DNA from: Eledone cirrhosa
Taxonomy: Eukaryota
Direction of reading: 5' to 3'
DNA length: 64,000 bases
NCBI GenBank assembly: GCA_964016885.1
Contig: OZ024746.1
Coordinates: 31,992,001 to 32,056,000 of the forward strand
Each line of letters opens with the position of its first letter. Position 1 is the first letter of the stretch. A program made the position numbers and the translations under genes. The notes below the pieces were generated by a model. It ran no database searches. It saw nothing but the letters and a program-made list of their open reading frames with translations, and was not told where the DNA came from. This document shows, piece by piece, positions 42,068 through 56,761 of this stretch.

Positions 42068-43177
42068 ATGGTATTTCCCAAGGCAGTCTCTCCTCTACAG
42101 AGAGACCAATGTGGTGATACTATGGTATTTCCCAAGACAGTCTCTCCTCTACAGAGAGACTAATGTGGTGATATTATGATATTTCCCAAGACAGTCTCTC
42201 CTCTACAGAGAGACTAATGTGGGGATACTATGATATTTCCCAAGACAGTCTCTCCTCTACAGAGAGACTAATGTGGGGATACTATGATATTTTCCAAGAC
42301 AGTCTCTCCTGTACAGAGAGACTACTGTGGGGATACTATGATATTTTCCAAGACAGTCTCTCCTCTACAGAGAGACTAATGTGGGGATACTATGATATTT
42401 CCCAAGACAGTCTCTCCTCTACAGAGAGACTAATGTGGGGATACTATGATATTTTCCAAGACAGTCTCTCTACAGAGAGACTAATGTGGGGATACTATGA
42501 TATTTCTCAAGACAGTCTCTCCTCTACAGAGAGACTAATGTGGGGATACTATGATATTTCCCAAGACAGTCTCTCCTCTACAGAGAGACTAATGTGGGGA
42601 TACTATGATATTTCCCAAGACAGTCTCTCCTAGAGAGACCAATGTGGTGATATTATGATATTTCCCAAGACAATCTCTCCTAGAAAGACCAATGTGGTGA
42701 TATTATGATATTTCCCAAGACAGTCTCTCCTAGAGAGACCAATGTGGTGATATTATGATATTTCCCAAGACAATCTCTCCTAGAAAGACCAATGTGTTGA
42801 TATGATATTTTCCAAGACAGTCTCTCCTAGAGAGACCAATGTGATGATACTATGATATTTTCCAAGACAGTCTCTCCTCTACAGAGAGACCAATGTGGTG
42901 ATATTATGATATTTCCCAAGACAATCTCGCCTAGAGAGACCAATGTGATAGTTGTTTCTACTTTTGGCACAAGGCCAGCAATTACCCAGGTCATTACTGG
43001 TACTTTATTTTATCGACCCCGTAAGGATGAAAGGTAAAGTTAACCTCGGCGGGATTTGAAGTCAGATCATAATGTGATAATGCTATGATATTTCCCAAGA
43101 CAATCTCTCCTCTAGAAACCAATGTGGTGATACAATGATATTTCCCAGGACAATCTCTCCTACACAGAGACCAATGT
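42068..43177. repeat. Minisatellite, 54-bp unit shortening to ~49 bp, interrupted by a family A SINE (~42950-43070)
   Basis: gatatttcccaagacagtctctcctctacagagagactaatgtggggatactat. Confidence 0.95.
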
Positions 43178-44659
43178 CAGGGGCGGTGGAACTGGGAGAC
43201 ATGGAACCCCCCCCCCCCCACACACACACACACACATAATTATATTTTTCTCCCCAAACTACCAAAACACACATCTATTTGGATATGCGATACAATTTAT
43301 GTACATGTTTTGTTTATCGCATATCGAAGTTTTCTTACCATTTTAGATTGCAATCACTATAACTAAATTGACCAAATCCCCCCCCCCCCCATTCAGAAAT
43401 GTTTCCGCCGCCCCTGAATATGGTATTGCCATGATATTTTTTATTAGTTCCTCAGTTACCAATGAAGTTCTGTTGAAATTCTTACTTTCCTGCTAATGAA
43501 AGCCACCTGTTACTGCCATACATACATTTCTCCCTTTCTAGTTTACATTCTCGTATTGTTAAACAGAGCTTTACATCCTGGTATGTCTTTAACAACTGGG
43601 GGGACGGGGAGAACATGATGATGATGGTGGTGGAAGTAATGACGGTAGTGATGGTTTTAGTGGTGATGAATGTGATGGTGCTGATAGTGGTGGTGGTGGT
43701 GGTAGTGATGGTGGTGGTGGTGGTGGTGGTGGTGGTGGTGGTGGTGGTGGTGGCAATGGTGGTGTTGGTGCTGGAGGTAGTGGCGAAAGTGGTGGATATT
43801 CCTGAAGAGGATGATGATGATGATGATGGTTACGATGGTGATGGTTACGATGGTGGTGATGATAACGATGTTGATGGTGGTGTTGTGTCTTTTTCTATAG
43901 CTTCGGATCGATCCAAGCCATTCGGTGAAATTGGGTAGTCGGAAACTGCGCAGAAGTCCGTCGAATGGATTGTACCTGTAATTCAAATCTCAGGCTTTGT
44001 CACGTTAAGCTATATTTAAAACTCAAGTATGTGTGGAATACTCAGCCACACAAACGTTAATTTAATGAGTGTAATGCTCGGTTAATCAAACAATCGTATG
44101 CTCATCGTCAAATCCGACAGAAGATCTATCCCATTCTGTCCAAAACATGGAAGGATGATGGTGTGAATGCTTTTGATGATACGAGTGGTGGATCTGGTCT
44201 GACCTAGGGCTAAACATCAACAATGATGATCAAAGGACAGCCTTCCCGTGACCACATCTACTTGCTTAAATAACTAATGATAATCAACTTTTATAATATA
44301 TCAACTCGTGATAGACGTCTAGACGTTGACACAAAGACTATTACCTCATGCAGTCTATATTGTTTACACAAATTAACAGTTTTGATTCTCTTTAAAACGT
44401 CATCTGACACTGCTTCTAACTTTAGTTATAAATACATAATGTCTCATTTCAATCTTAGATAAAACAATTAACAATTCCTGCTCTTTATACATGAGGAGGG
44501 TGAGTAGCAGTAGAAGATAAACAAATGTTTGTATGAAAACTCACAAAAGTTTGTGAGAAGATCAGACGTTGATTCAATCGTTCAGGACATTGTATATGAC
44601 ATCCTGATTAGGAAGTGTCAAAGCTGGTCATGTGGGATTTACGACATGGTGTGGGAAGG

Positions 44660-45300
44660 ACTGGTGAACATCATCATACATACATTGGCAACCTGAAGTA
44701 GGATACTAACCTGGAATCTATCTGGGGAAAAATGATGTCAATGGTGGATAGAGAAGTGTGGTAACATCATGTCACATACATTGACAATCTGAAGCAGACC
44801 TGTCAACCCCTTAAAACCTAAACGGGGAGTACCCCGAAAAAAAAGTGCCTCAAAACGAGGAGAAATGAGGCAGAATGGCGAGATTTTACATAATGAAAGC
44901 TATACCCATTGTAACCAGAGAAAACATCTCTCACCCACCCCAAAGTGGATGGAAGATCTCCCCATCGGACGGGGAGAGATGACAGGTCTGATCTGAAGCA
45001 AGATACTGGCTTGGAATATATCCAGGAACTGAAGAAGGCAATGATGGACAGGGAAGTGTAGTGGACGTCATGTCACATACATTGACAACCTGAAGCAAAA
45101 TACTGGCCTGGAGTCTATCCAGGAACTGAAGAAGGCAATGATGGACAGGAAAGTGTAGTGGACGTCATGTCACATACATTGACAACCTGAAGCAAGATAC
45201 TGGCCTGGAGTCTATCCAGGAACTGAAGATGGCAATGATGGACAGAGAAGTGTGGATAAGAAATATAATTGCCTTGGTCTGCGCAAGATGCCGGCCTAAT
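44660..45300 (+). repeat. Tandemly amplified (~97-bp) LINE ORF2 C-terminal segment
   Basis: Unit translates TYIDNLKQDTGLESIQELKMAMMDREVW, resembling RTE-group ORF ends. Confidence 0.6.
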
Positions 45301-46603
45301 TAATTAACTTCAACTTAAAGCCCCCATCATGGGAGTCACCACATCTTTAAAAGGCTTACAAAAGGTAGTCATACTCGATACATAAAACGAATTAGGTGAA
45401 TATAGGATGCCTGGGGATTATTACTTTTAAGAAAGATAAACCCACGTGTGCCCCAACAGGGGGTCCGTTAATATGTTTGTAGTTATTACAGAGGAGAAAT
45501 AGATCATTGAAATGTTACTATAGGGTTTCTTCACATACCCAAGGGCAGTGGAAGCAATTCTGAATTTGGTCAATTTAGTTATAGTGATTAGTTTAACTCT
45601 TTGCATTCGAAAATGCTCAGAAAACTTCGATATGCGATAAACATAACATGTACATAAATTGTAGCGCATATACAAATAGATGTGTGTTTTGGTAGTTTGG
45701 GGAGAAAATATAATTTTTGGCACCTGATACCTTTCTAGTTTGGGGCTTTAACCATTTTATTACTATATTTCTAATGAAAATAATTTTGAAAATAATCTAT
45801 AAATTTTGGAGATTTAGTAAATTAACTTTCTCGTGAAGTTGGTGTTTAGGAGATAACTTTATCAAGGTTCTTACATAAAATTATGGTGGAAGGTAGATAT
45901 AAACATTCTAAAATAAACAGCTTCGTACCATAGGGGTGGTTGCAGGCGATTTGGTTATCAAAAGGGGTATCAAATGAATCGGGTGTTTACAGGAAATGTA
46001 GGTATATATATATAAACAGAGATGCGATATGGTAGTTTAGTAGACTGACATGGTTGGTTGGTTGGTTGGTATGTAGATAGGGATATATGTAGCTAGGTAG
46101 GTTGATAGATAGGTAGGTACATATATAGTTAGTTGGGTAGGTGAGTACGTACGTAGGTAGGTGGGTAATTAGGTACATATGTAACTAGGTAGGTAGAGGA
46201 CTAGATAGGTGGATAGATAGTTTGATGGGTATGTAGATAAGTAGATAGATGTCGGTACATCGTTAGAGAACTGGCAGAAACGTTAGAGGCTCAAATCACA
46301 CATAGGTAGGCTCTACTTTTCATTCATTTGAGTTCGCTAAAATAAATAAATAAATAAATAAATATGTATGTATGTATGTATATATATATATATTATTAAA
46401 AATATTAACAAATGAAGATATTCACATAATCAAAATATAATATATTTTGATTATGTCAATATCTTCATTTGTTAATATTTTGAATAATTTTAAAACTCCA
46501 GGAATATTTATCGGTTGAGTGCTTTTAATATATTGTAAAACTGTATTCATTGAATAAGCAATGAACCATATTAATCTTTGGTCATATATATATATATACA
46601 TAT

Positions 46604-46663
<60 letters not shown>

Positions 46664-46845
46664 ATCGCTGGACAAACCTTACGGGCAAAACCAACCAGCA
46701 GGAAACCCAGGGGGGTAGACCCCGAACAAGATGGTTCGATAACATCGAACTTGGCTGGTCTCGCTTGGGATCCAGCCGAATCAATTGGAGACGGTTGCTT
46801 CTAACAGGACTCTGAACGACCCAGCCAGGAAAAAGTGGGCAAAGA

Positions 46846-46890
<45 letters not shown>

Positions 46891-46893
<3 letters not shown>

Positions 46894-46972
46894 CGAAGGA
46901 AGTGTAGTAAGGAACCAGGTGGACCATAACGCACCAGAGTACTCGATACTTTGGGTAGTAGAGTGGGTAATA
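46891..46972 (-). mobile_element. Hairpin element family, copy 4 (body only, no hairpin)
   Basis: taacgaaggaagtgtagtaaggaaccaggtggaccataacgcacc...gtgggtaata in (TA)n. Confidence 0.75.
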
Positions 46973-47239
46973 CATGTATTATATATATGTATATATATAT
47001 ATATATATATAATGGAAAAATTTGAACAGGGACAAAACAGAGAGGCAGTACAATAAATGTTTATTAATTTCACGCTCAGAAGAGTGGGGGTAGGTGAAGC
47101 GCAGGCCTAGCTCTGTGGTTAAGGAGTTCGCTTCCCAACCACGTGGTTCCCGCCTCAGTCCAACTGCGTAGCACCTTGGACCAATATCTTCCACTATAGC
47201 TTTTGGTTGAATAATGTTTTGTGAGTGAAATTTGGCAGA

Positions 47240-47321
<82 letters not shown>

Positions 47322-47333
47322 AGAGAGAGAGAG

Positions 47334-47374
<41 letters not shown>

Positions 47375-47451
47375 ATGTCCAGCAAAATATGTACTGAAGT
47401 AAATATGATCGATTGGTTCCTTTCACATCGGTACCCGACACACACACTCAA

Positions 47452-47539
<88 letters not shown>

Positions 47540-48416
47540 ATGTGTATATAGAGAAACAGAGGAAGTAGAGAGAAAGGAGGGGGCGAAATTGGTGCAAAAC
47601 AGATTGTGGCGGCAAATTGACAGACGATCAAACCGATCATTGATATATGGATAGAGAAACCTACGTACACACACGTGTGTGTGTGTCTGTGTGTTGGTCT
47701 TCCGTCAGTTCCGACGAGAAGTGTTCCAGTTAATGCAATCAACGTGAAATTAACGTGCAAGTGACTGACCATTCCACAGAAACGTGCACCCATAACGTGG
47801 TTCTCGGGGAGATTCAGCGTGACACAGTATGTGACAAGGCTGATTTTTTTCAATTACAGATACATTTTTGCCAGCTGAGTGGACGGGAGAGCAAGGTGAA
47901 ATAAAATAGCTTGCTCAAGGACATAACGCACCACCAGGAAACGAATACAAGGCTTTACAATTGTGAACCGAAACCCCTAATCACTGAGCCAATGCACCCA
48001 TGTATTTATGTATGTGAGTGTGTATATCAGACATGTCAACTCACCCCGTCCAACGGGGAAATCTCCCACCCGCATTGGGATGGGTGAGAGGTGTCCCCTT
48101 TTGTGAAAATGGGTATAGCTTTCATTGTGTAAAGGTGGATTGGCAGTATCGGTAGAGGGTCGGACGCCATGCTTTGACGCATAGAGTTACGGCACTTGCC
48201 ATTCTCAGTTCAAATCCCGCCAAGGTTAACTTTGCCTTTCATCCTTACGGGGTCGATAAAATAAAGTACCAGTAATGCACTGGGTAATTGCTGGCCTTGT
48301 GCCAAAAGTAGAAACAATTGTGTCAAATGTCCCCATTTTGCCTCATTTCTCTCCGTTTTGAGACATTTTTTTCCATGGTACTCCCCGTTTGCGTTTTTAA
48401 AGGTTGGCAGGTCTGG

Positions 48417-48474
<58 letters not shown>

Positions 48475-48477
<3 letters not shown>

Positions 48478-48666
48478 CGAAGGAAATGTGGTAAGGAACC
48501 AGGTGGACCATAACGCACCAAAGTACTCAATACTTAGGGTAGTAGAGTGGGTAATAGGAACGAGTTGGACCCCGACGGCTGAGCTCAAGCCGTTTCGACG
48601 GCTAATTCTGAGTCCAGAATTAGTCGTCGAAACAGCCTGAGCTCAGCCGTCGGGGTCCTACTCGTT

Positions 48667-48670
<4 letters not shown>
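48475..48670 (-). mobile_element. (TA)n-embedded hairpin element, copy 5
   Basis: Same body; palindrome centred on ctaattctg-agtc-cagaattag. Confidence 0.8.
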
Positions 48671-48703
<33 letters not shown>

Positions 48704-48853
48704 AGAGAGAGAGAGAGAGAGGGGGGGGATAGACAGATAGATAGATAGATAGATAAATAGATAGATTGGGGGCACTACAATGTAATAACTAAAGAGACAT
48801 AAAAATCACACACATGTTAACTGGACAACTAGAAAGAAAACAATTTGTCTTAC

Positions 48854-48914
48854 CTGGACAGTAAAGAATTACCAGTGTAAGTATCCATAGATTTAATCTG
48901 CTAAAAGGTTCCAT
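48854..48914 (-). CDS. Candidate first coding exon of a host secreted or membrane protein (signal peptide)
   Basis: aaacaATGG context; MEPFSRLNLWILTLVILYCP; strong phase-1 donor CAG|GTAAGA; non-repetitive sequence; no downstream exon found. Confidence 0.45.
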
Positions 48915-49139
48915 TGTTTAATAAAATATATGATATATAATATAATATATATATATACGATATAATATATATATATATTTCCGTGTCAAAGTTTACCTAT
49001 CATTGAAAGTGTCTTATTAATTTATCAGTCAATGAAGTAGATGGTATCTAAGATTCTTTCTATCAAGTAAAATCAACTAAGGTGTTATATTTTTTAATGT
49101 ATATATATTTGATGTATGCATATATTTGATATATATATT

Positions 49140-49174
<35 letters not shown>

Positions 49175-49912
49175 ATATATATATATATATTGATATATAT
49201 ATATATATATGGGTGTATAATTCACAGGCTATATAATTCACAGAGGCTATATAATTCACACCTATATGTTTATCATTCTAAAGAAAGGTTTTTTTTTCCC
49301 CCCATCCAGCAGTGAAAGTTTTTTTTTTATGTGTGTATATTTATTTATACATACTTATCTATCGATATATACATATATTCTCTACTTTACAGACATGTGT
49401 TCATGTGTCTGTGTTTGTTTATGGCTCTAAATTAACGTAAGTATTAAATTTGTCATTATATGTATATATATGTATATATATATTATTTGTTTGTTCATGT
49501 ACAAAAGGAAGAAAGAACGCCGAATATATTAGATATTTTTTTATGTGTGTGTGAAAGAGAAAGAGGTGTTAGAAAAGTGATTTTTTATGAAAGACAGCAA
49601 CAAATATATATTGTAATAATAATATAATAATAATATAATAATAATAATAATAGTAATAATGATGATGATGGTAATGGTTGTGATACTTATTATTATTGGT
49701 GCTTATCAAAGTGAGGAATGTCCTCAACACTTGTACGTGTGAAAACAGAGCGGCGGGCTATGTGAATATAAAGTACATAAATATATATATATAGTGTATT
49801 TCTAGTGTATATACATATATAGGAGTGTGTGTATATATGTGTGTGTGTATATAATTGATCAAGTCAGTAAGAAAGAGAAACTTCGACTGGACACCAGCTC
49901 AACAACACTTTA

Positions 49913-49918
49913 AACTGA
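49913..49918 (-). promoter_or_regulatory. Possible initiator (TCAGTT) just downstream of a (GA)n tract, ~1 kb upstream of the candidate exon
   Basis: Minus strand (ga)n-cgccg-TCAGTT-taaagtg; short motif with positional support only. Confidence 0.2.
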
Positions 49919-50079
49919 CGGCGTCTCTCTCTCTCTCTCTCTCCCTCTCTGTCTGTCTGTCTCTCTCTCTCTCCTTCTCACTCTCTCCCTCTCTCTCTCT
50001 CCCTCTCTGTCGCTCTGTCTCTCTCTCCCTCTCTCTCTCTCTCTAGCTAACACTCTTTCTCTATTTCACCAGTAACGCT

Positions 50080-51075
50080 GGTGACGATGGCGATGGCGGG
50101 TGGAGTGGTATGAAGGTGGTAATGGTATATTGGAGTATGTGGCGGTGGCGGCTGGGGTGGGGTGGAGTAGTGGCGGTGGCGGTAGTGTTGACAATTGTGA
50201 TAGCGGCGTGGAGTCGTGATTGTGGCTAGAATGGGTGGAGTAGTGGCGGCGGTGGTGGTGGTGGTGGTGGTGCTGGCTGGAATGGGGTGGAGTTGTGGTG
50301 GTGGTAGTAGTGGTGATGGTGGTGGTGGTGGTGGTGGTAGTAGTAGTGGCGGTGGTCGTAGTAGTGGCGGTGGTAGTAGTGGTGGTGGTAGTAGTAGTGG
50401 CGGCGGTAGTAATGGCGGTTGCAGTAGTGGCGGTGGTAGTAGTAGTGGCGGTGATGGTGGTGGTGGCTGGGATGGGGTTGAGTAGTGGTGGTGATGGTGG
50501 TGGTGGCTGGGATGGGGTGGAGTAGTGGCGGTGGTGGTGGTGGTGGTGGTGGTGGTGGCTGTGATGGGGTGGAGTAGTGACGGTGGTGGTGGTGGTGGTG
50601 GTGGCTGGGATGGGGTGGAGTAGTGGCGGTGGTGGTGGTAGTGGTGGTGGCTGGGATGGGGGTGGAGTAGTGGCGGTGGTGGTGGTGGCTGGGATGGGGT
50701 GCTATCGGGTGGTGCTAGTGTCAGCGACAGTACAAATAGGAGCGGAGATAGTATTGGTGATATGTAGATGGTGGTGGAGTTGGTGGTTGTGAAAGTAATA
50801 TGGCGTTGGTGTAAGTGCAGTGATATGGGTGGTATGGTGGTGGTGGTGATGGTGATGATGGTGGTGGTGGTGGTGTTGGTATGGTGGTGGTGATGGTGGT
50901 GGTATGGTGGTGGTGATGATGATGGTGGTGGTGGTGGTGGTGGTATGGTGGTAGTGGTGGTGGTGGTATGGTGGTAGTGGTGGTTGCGGTGATGTACGTG
51001 CAGTGAAAGAGGTGGTGTTGGTGATTGTGGTGATGTAAGTGCAATGATAGGGGTGGTGTTGGTGTTGGTGTGGTT
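50080..51075. repeat. (GGT)n-based low-complexity tract; similar tracts at 4690-5410, 5820-5960, 27060-27380, 43615-43880
   Basis: Direct reading. Confidence 0.95.
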
Positions 51076-51533
51076 TCGTTGAATCTTTTAACAACGATGC
51101 TTGGTGAGATAGACAGATACAATGTATACACACACGCACATATATATAAATATATATATATATATATATTCAGGTTTGAGGTTCACCACTGTATAGAGCT
51201 GGTCTATTCCGTATGGTCAATCGTAATGCAATAATATAGAGAGTACTCAACGTAAAGCAGTTCAACCGTCTTTGTTTTTGTAGTTGGTGGTGCTATTACG
51301 GAGTTAAATATTATAATGAAATGACAGGAGGCTGGATTTGTGTAAATCCTTGAAAGGTTTATTATACTATGATCATTTCAATGACCGGGTTCCGTATGAA
51401 TCCGGTGATATCATCAGGTATTCGAAATATAATACGTGAATGTAATAGGTAAAATCCATGGGGCTGAAAATCGAGACCCGAGGGCGACCGCTATTCTGTT
51501 CCTTCAACCTCAGCCGGTCGCTCATATATAAAT

Positions 51534-51602
<69 letters not shown>

Positions 51603-51698
51603 ATATGTATATATATATATATATATATATAGTGTATACTTACATATATACATATGTAACTAGTAAGTATACATTATATATATATATATATATATATA

Positions 51699-52580
51699 CG
51701 AGGTGGGTCAGAAAAGTTCCGGGATTGATGTCACAAAGATTTATTTCAAACCCAAACTTCACACTAAGAGTTTTCTCCTTCAAAGTAATCCCCCATGGAG
51801 TCTAATGCACTTTTCCATCCTTTTCTGCCACGCTTGCATGCACTCCTGGAAGGAATCTTCCGGGATCCTCCGCAGTTCCGTCGTTACGGCCTTTTTGATG
51901 TCGTCCACGTCTTCAAAACGGTCCCCTCCGGGTCGTACTCGAAAATCCATGACTGTCCCTAGCAAGTTTGGTTCGGTTTCAAGACGCTATAAGATGTCCT
52001 GGCACACTTGCATGCATCGACTCTTCTGGTCATCGTTCAGCAGTTTTGGCACCATCTTCGCGCAGACTTTCCGCATGTCCAAATCTTCAGTGAGAATTTC
52101 CAGATGCTGTCCCGATTCATGCCCAGCTCATTTGCCATCAGTCGAACAGTCAGCCGACGATCGCTACGCACCATCTGCCTGACGCGCTCAACGTTGACCT
52201 CAGTCCTGGTTGTTGAGGGCCTTCCGCTCCTGGGGTCATCTTCCACGTCCTCGCGTCCTTCTTTAAACCTCTTGCACCACTCAAAAACACGTGAGCGTGA
52301 CATCGTCTCATCTCCATACACTTGCTGCAGCAATCCCAGTGCTTCTGACGGAGTTTTCAAGTTTGTTCGTTGCTCTGTGCTCATTGCTTGACGACCTGAA
52401 ACAGAGGACATATATATAAAATTAGGAAGAAAAAAGTTTGACCGCTGCAGAGAGCTAAGATTACAGTTACATACTCCGGGGGGGGGGGGGTTACTTTGAA
52501 GGAGAAAACTCTTAGTGTGATGTTTAGGTTTGAAATAAATCTTTTGTGACATCAGTCCTGGAACTTTTCTGACACACCTC

Positions 52581-52581
<1 letters not shown>
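51699..52581 (-). mobile_element. Internally deleted mariner transposon (irritans-like) in (TA)n
   Basis: ~95-bp inverted ends cgaggtgggtcagaaaagttcc / ggaacttttctgacacacctcg; HTH region VYGDETMSRSRVFEWCKRFKEGREDVEDDPRSGRPST; C-terminus WQKRMEKCI; most of the catalytic domain missing. Confidence 0.9.
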
Positions 52582-52618
<37 letters not shown>

Positions 52619-53297
52619 CGATTCTATTGAGTGATGAATAGCTCCTGTTTTATTTTAACATGTCTATTGAGCACTTTTATTCGATATGTGTATTTCCACA
52701 TTTCCTCGAATAGTTTTCGCGGATGTAGAGGTTATCTCCCTTGCCGGATTCCATGTGCGTATTTTGCTTGTAGTTAGCCTCTTATCCGTTAGGACGAAGC
52801 TCGTTGAAGAAGTAAATTTCCAGTCCGCTTATTCTAGAAGTCTTATATATTTATATGTGAGCTGATAGAGTACAGTCTAAGGATTTACAGAAACCCAAGA
52901 AGCTAGATTTAACACCTTTCTAGTGGGTCCGGGTATGATTTTACATTCATTTAAATTATTGATTTATTGATTTATTGATATTTTTTATCTGATTGTCTCG
53001 AATCTTCTATTATCGATTTTTTTATCGTACGGTTGATTTTAGACTTGTTCTATGTGTGACGGTATTTTAACGATAGTTATAGCTCTGATTCATCTGAATT
53101 ATTGAGCCCTCTGCCGCTCATTTCGAATTTTGTTTATCGTGAACTCGTGCGCCGATTTTTCGATACTCGATCATTCTAATATATATATATATATATATAT
53201 TTATAAATATGTATATATATAAATATGTATATATATATATATATAGTGTATACTTACATATATACAATGTATACACATACACACACATATATATATA

Positions 53298-53328
<31 letters not shown>

Positions 53329-53359
53329 ATGTATACATTGTATATATGTAAGTATACAT

Positions 53360-53485
<126 letters not shown>

Positions 53486-54546
53486 ATTTACATATATACA
53501 TACATAAAACATATGTAGTGATTTTATGGTGGTGCATGCTGTTTAGGCAGGTCCATGTCAACCACGAACCAACACTCCTAGGATGAAAGTATTCCAAGTG
53601 TGACCATCCCGCTTCCTCCTTATTTTCTTTCTTTTTTTTTTTTTTTTTACCTTATCTTACAGCTTCTAAAAGCTCAGACGGGTAGTACCATGAAAAAAGT
53701 GCCCTAAAACGGGGAGAAATGAGGGAAAATGGGGAGGTTTTACATAATGAAAGCTATACCTATTTTCACACATCTCTCTTCCACCCCAAAGAGGGTGGGA
53801 GATCTCCCTGTCGGACGGGTAGAGTTGACAGGTCTGGTACTACATTATTTAATATGGCTTTTCCTCATAATGCCTGGGCGTTTTAGGGGCTCCTTAAGCT
53901 CCTTCGCTTTATTCCCGAGCAACTAATGCTATGACAATGAAACTTGGCTCAAGTAAGGACCATTGATAGACAAACACTTCTGCCTTACAAAAATGCTGCT
54001 GACGTCATCATTTCATGGTTTCTGATTTAGGCACAAGGCCATCAATTTGAAGGGGAGAGGAAAGTCGATTAAATCGACCCCAGTATGTTACTGGTACTTT
54101 ATTTTATCGACTACGTAAGGATGATTTGGTTACAAAGTCTGTATAATCAAATTTTGTAACAAGAAAAATCAAAGAACTACCACCATTTTGTATTCCCTGT
54201 TCAACTCCTGCTGTTTTCATGGCAACGGGGAATTATTTTTTCAAAATCAGTTATGTGAACATTTAACAGAGTAAATTTTAGGAAAAGTCACCAAATTTCA
54301 GAGAAAAATCTGCTTCCTTTCAAACTTTATGCATAGAAAAAACAAAACACGAGGCTGGAGATGGTCTGAGAGCTCACTCCCAGTCATAATAGGGTTAAAT
54401 GTTATCTAGCTGTTATTACTAGCGAGTCGAACGACAACGTAGAGGCTCTCTCTTTCGATCATGGTTGAAATTATTTCATATACTTCTGTTGTGTTTATTG
54501 TGTTTATATGTATTATTGTGAACCGTCAATTTCAATGAGTAGCATG

Positions 54547-54628
54547 TTATAATGTAGCATGTACTACCACAGTTATAATGTAGCATGTACTACCACAGTT
54601 ATAATGTAGCATGTACTACCACAGTTAT
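54547..54628. repeat. 26-bp tandem repeat, about 3 copies
   Basis: ttataatgtagcatgtactaccacag. Confidence 0.85.
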
Positions 54629-55709
54629 AAAAACCAGTGGTTTTGGTCTCTTGGGCGGGATCAAACCGTAACATATTATAATTGATTAGTAAGGACTTCA
54701 GAAAGCTTGTACAATGCAGTAGAAATATATAAAGGGCAAAGGATAATAAATAAAACAAAACAAAGTAATGTTTCTAACCCAGTATATTTCAACATAATAT
54801 TTCAGGGATATACCCTCTTTTGAAACGCAAAATAAAAACGATGCAAAACAAAAATGAACGATTGATGTGTTCTTCGTTAACTGGTATGCACTGCCACAGT
54901 TAGTCAGTTTGATGGGATAAAACTCTAATATGTTTCTCCCCAACCTTTCATCCTTACGAGGTCGATAAAATAAAGCACTAGTAATGCACTTAAGTAATCG
55001 CTGGCCTTGTGCCGCGAGTAGAAACAATTAAATACAAAGTGCGAAGTCTTGAGGTAAAGAATTATGTGATCCACTGGGGTGGCTATCTGGCTTAATGCAA
55101 TCCGCAATGTCACTCAACATAAAATCCGAAATAATTCCTTTCTGCCTTCACCAAAGAATTTTAAGCTTATCCCAATTCAAATCGATTGTCATCTTCATTT
55201 TATATCCGTTTTTCCATGCTGACATGGGTTGGACGGGTTGTTATAATTCAAGTTAGTAGTCAATCGGGACCACCGTCCTTACTGGCCGACCGAGGGTCAC
55301 GTCTCATTTATATACATTCCAGTTTTGGTATGCTTTCTATTGCTAGATGTCCTCCTTAATGCCAACCATTTTACACAGTATACTGGGTTGTGAGAGTTTT
55401 CTTGGGAGCTACAGGTGCCACTCATTGTTCCATCTCCCCTAGTAGTTTCCCGCCGTGGGTCCGGCAGCTGTTCACTTATTCGTGGGGCATCTGTCCGCTT
55501 ATATTGCAACTAACCATCATATCTGGTGACCGTATCGCTATCCGCCACCTGCGACCCATCCTCCAGCCGAACAGTTCTGCCGAGAATTATTCAAGACACA
55601 AGGGTGTATATATATATATATATATATAGCAAGGGTAAAGATATATAATTCTATTTGCATGTAGAGAGCTATAAATAAGAGTAAAGCATTACACCAGTTT
55701 AGAACTTGA

Positions 55710-55808
<99 letters not shown>

Positions 55809-55939
55809 AATATATATTTATATAAGTTATTCCGGGTTGAATCGGAGGTAACCACAGTAAGTAAGGTACTCAATACATAGCAGAGTATAAAAGTTTTAAA
55901 TATATATATATATATATGTTTATATATATATATATATAT

Positions 55940-56064
<125 letters not shown>

Positions 56065-56594
56065 TAGTCAATCGGGACCACCGTCCTTACTGGCCGACCG
56101 AGGGTCACGTCTCATTTATATACATTCCAGTTTTGGTATGCTTTCTATTGCTAGAAGTCCTCCTTAATATATATACATATATATATATATAATTAAGTTA
56201 AAAGTGTACATCCACATATGTATACTGAAATACTAGTATGCATATAAATACACACACGTATACATATGTACATGTACCGAGTTTTTCACTGGACACTTTA
56301 CTGTGAGTGTCTAGCTAGTCTGTATGTAACCAAACAGACAAACCGGGTTTTAGAGTTATACGGGTTTTCAAGGAAACACCTTTCCTCTATTCTCCAGAGA
56401 GCCAGACAGAAATACTGGACTAGTTTCGATGTTATTACATCTCATCAGCAATATATACCCATCTTCCGGCTTCTCTAGAGAATCGTAAAAGCACATATCG
56501 TTATATGCTTTTTCTATATATACTTATATATATATACATATATATATATATATAAAGAAAAAAAGATGAAATCGAAAATGCAACTGGAGTCTTA

Positions 56595-56683
<89 letters not shown>

Positions 56684-56692
56684 TACATATAT

Positions 56693-56756
<64 letters not shown>

Positions 56757-56761
<5 letters not shown>

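Noticed and set aside
42068-43177. CRISPR-like palindromic array
   Set aside because: No unique spacers, no cas genes, eukaryotic context
54130-54398. piggyBac-like end (..AGGG|TTAA)
   Set aside because: Only one terminus seen; no partner TIR
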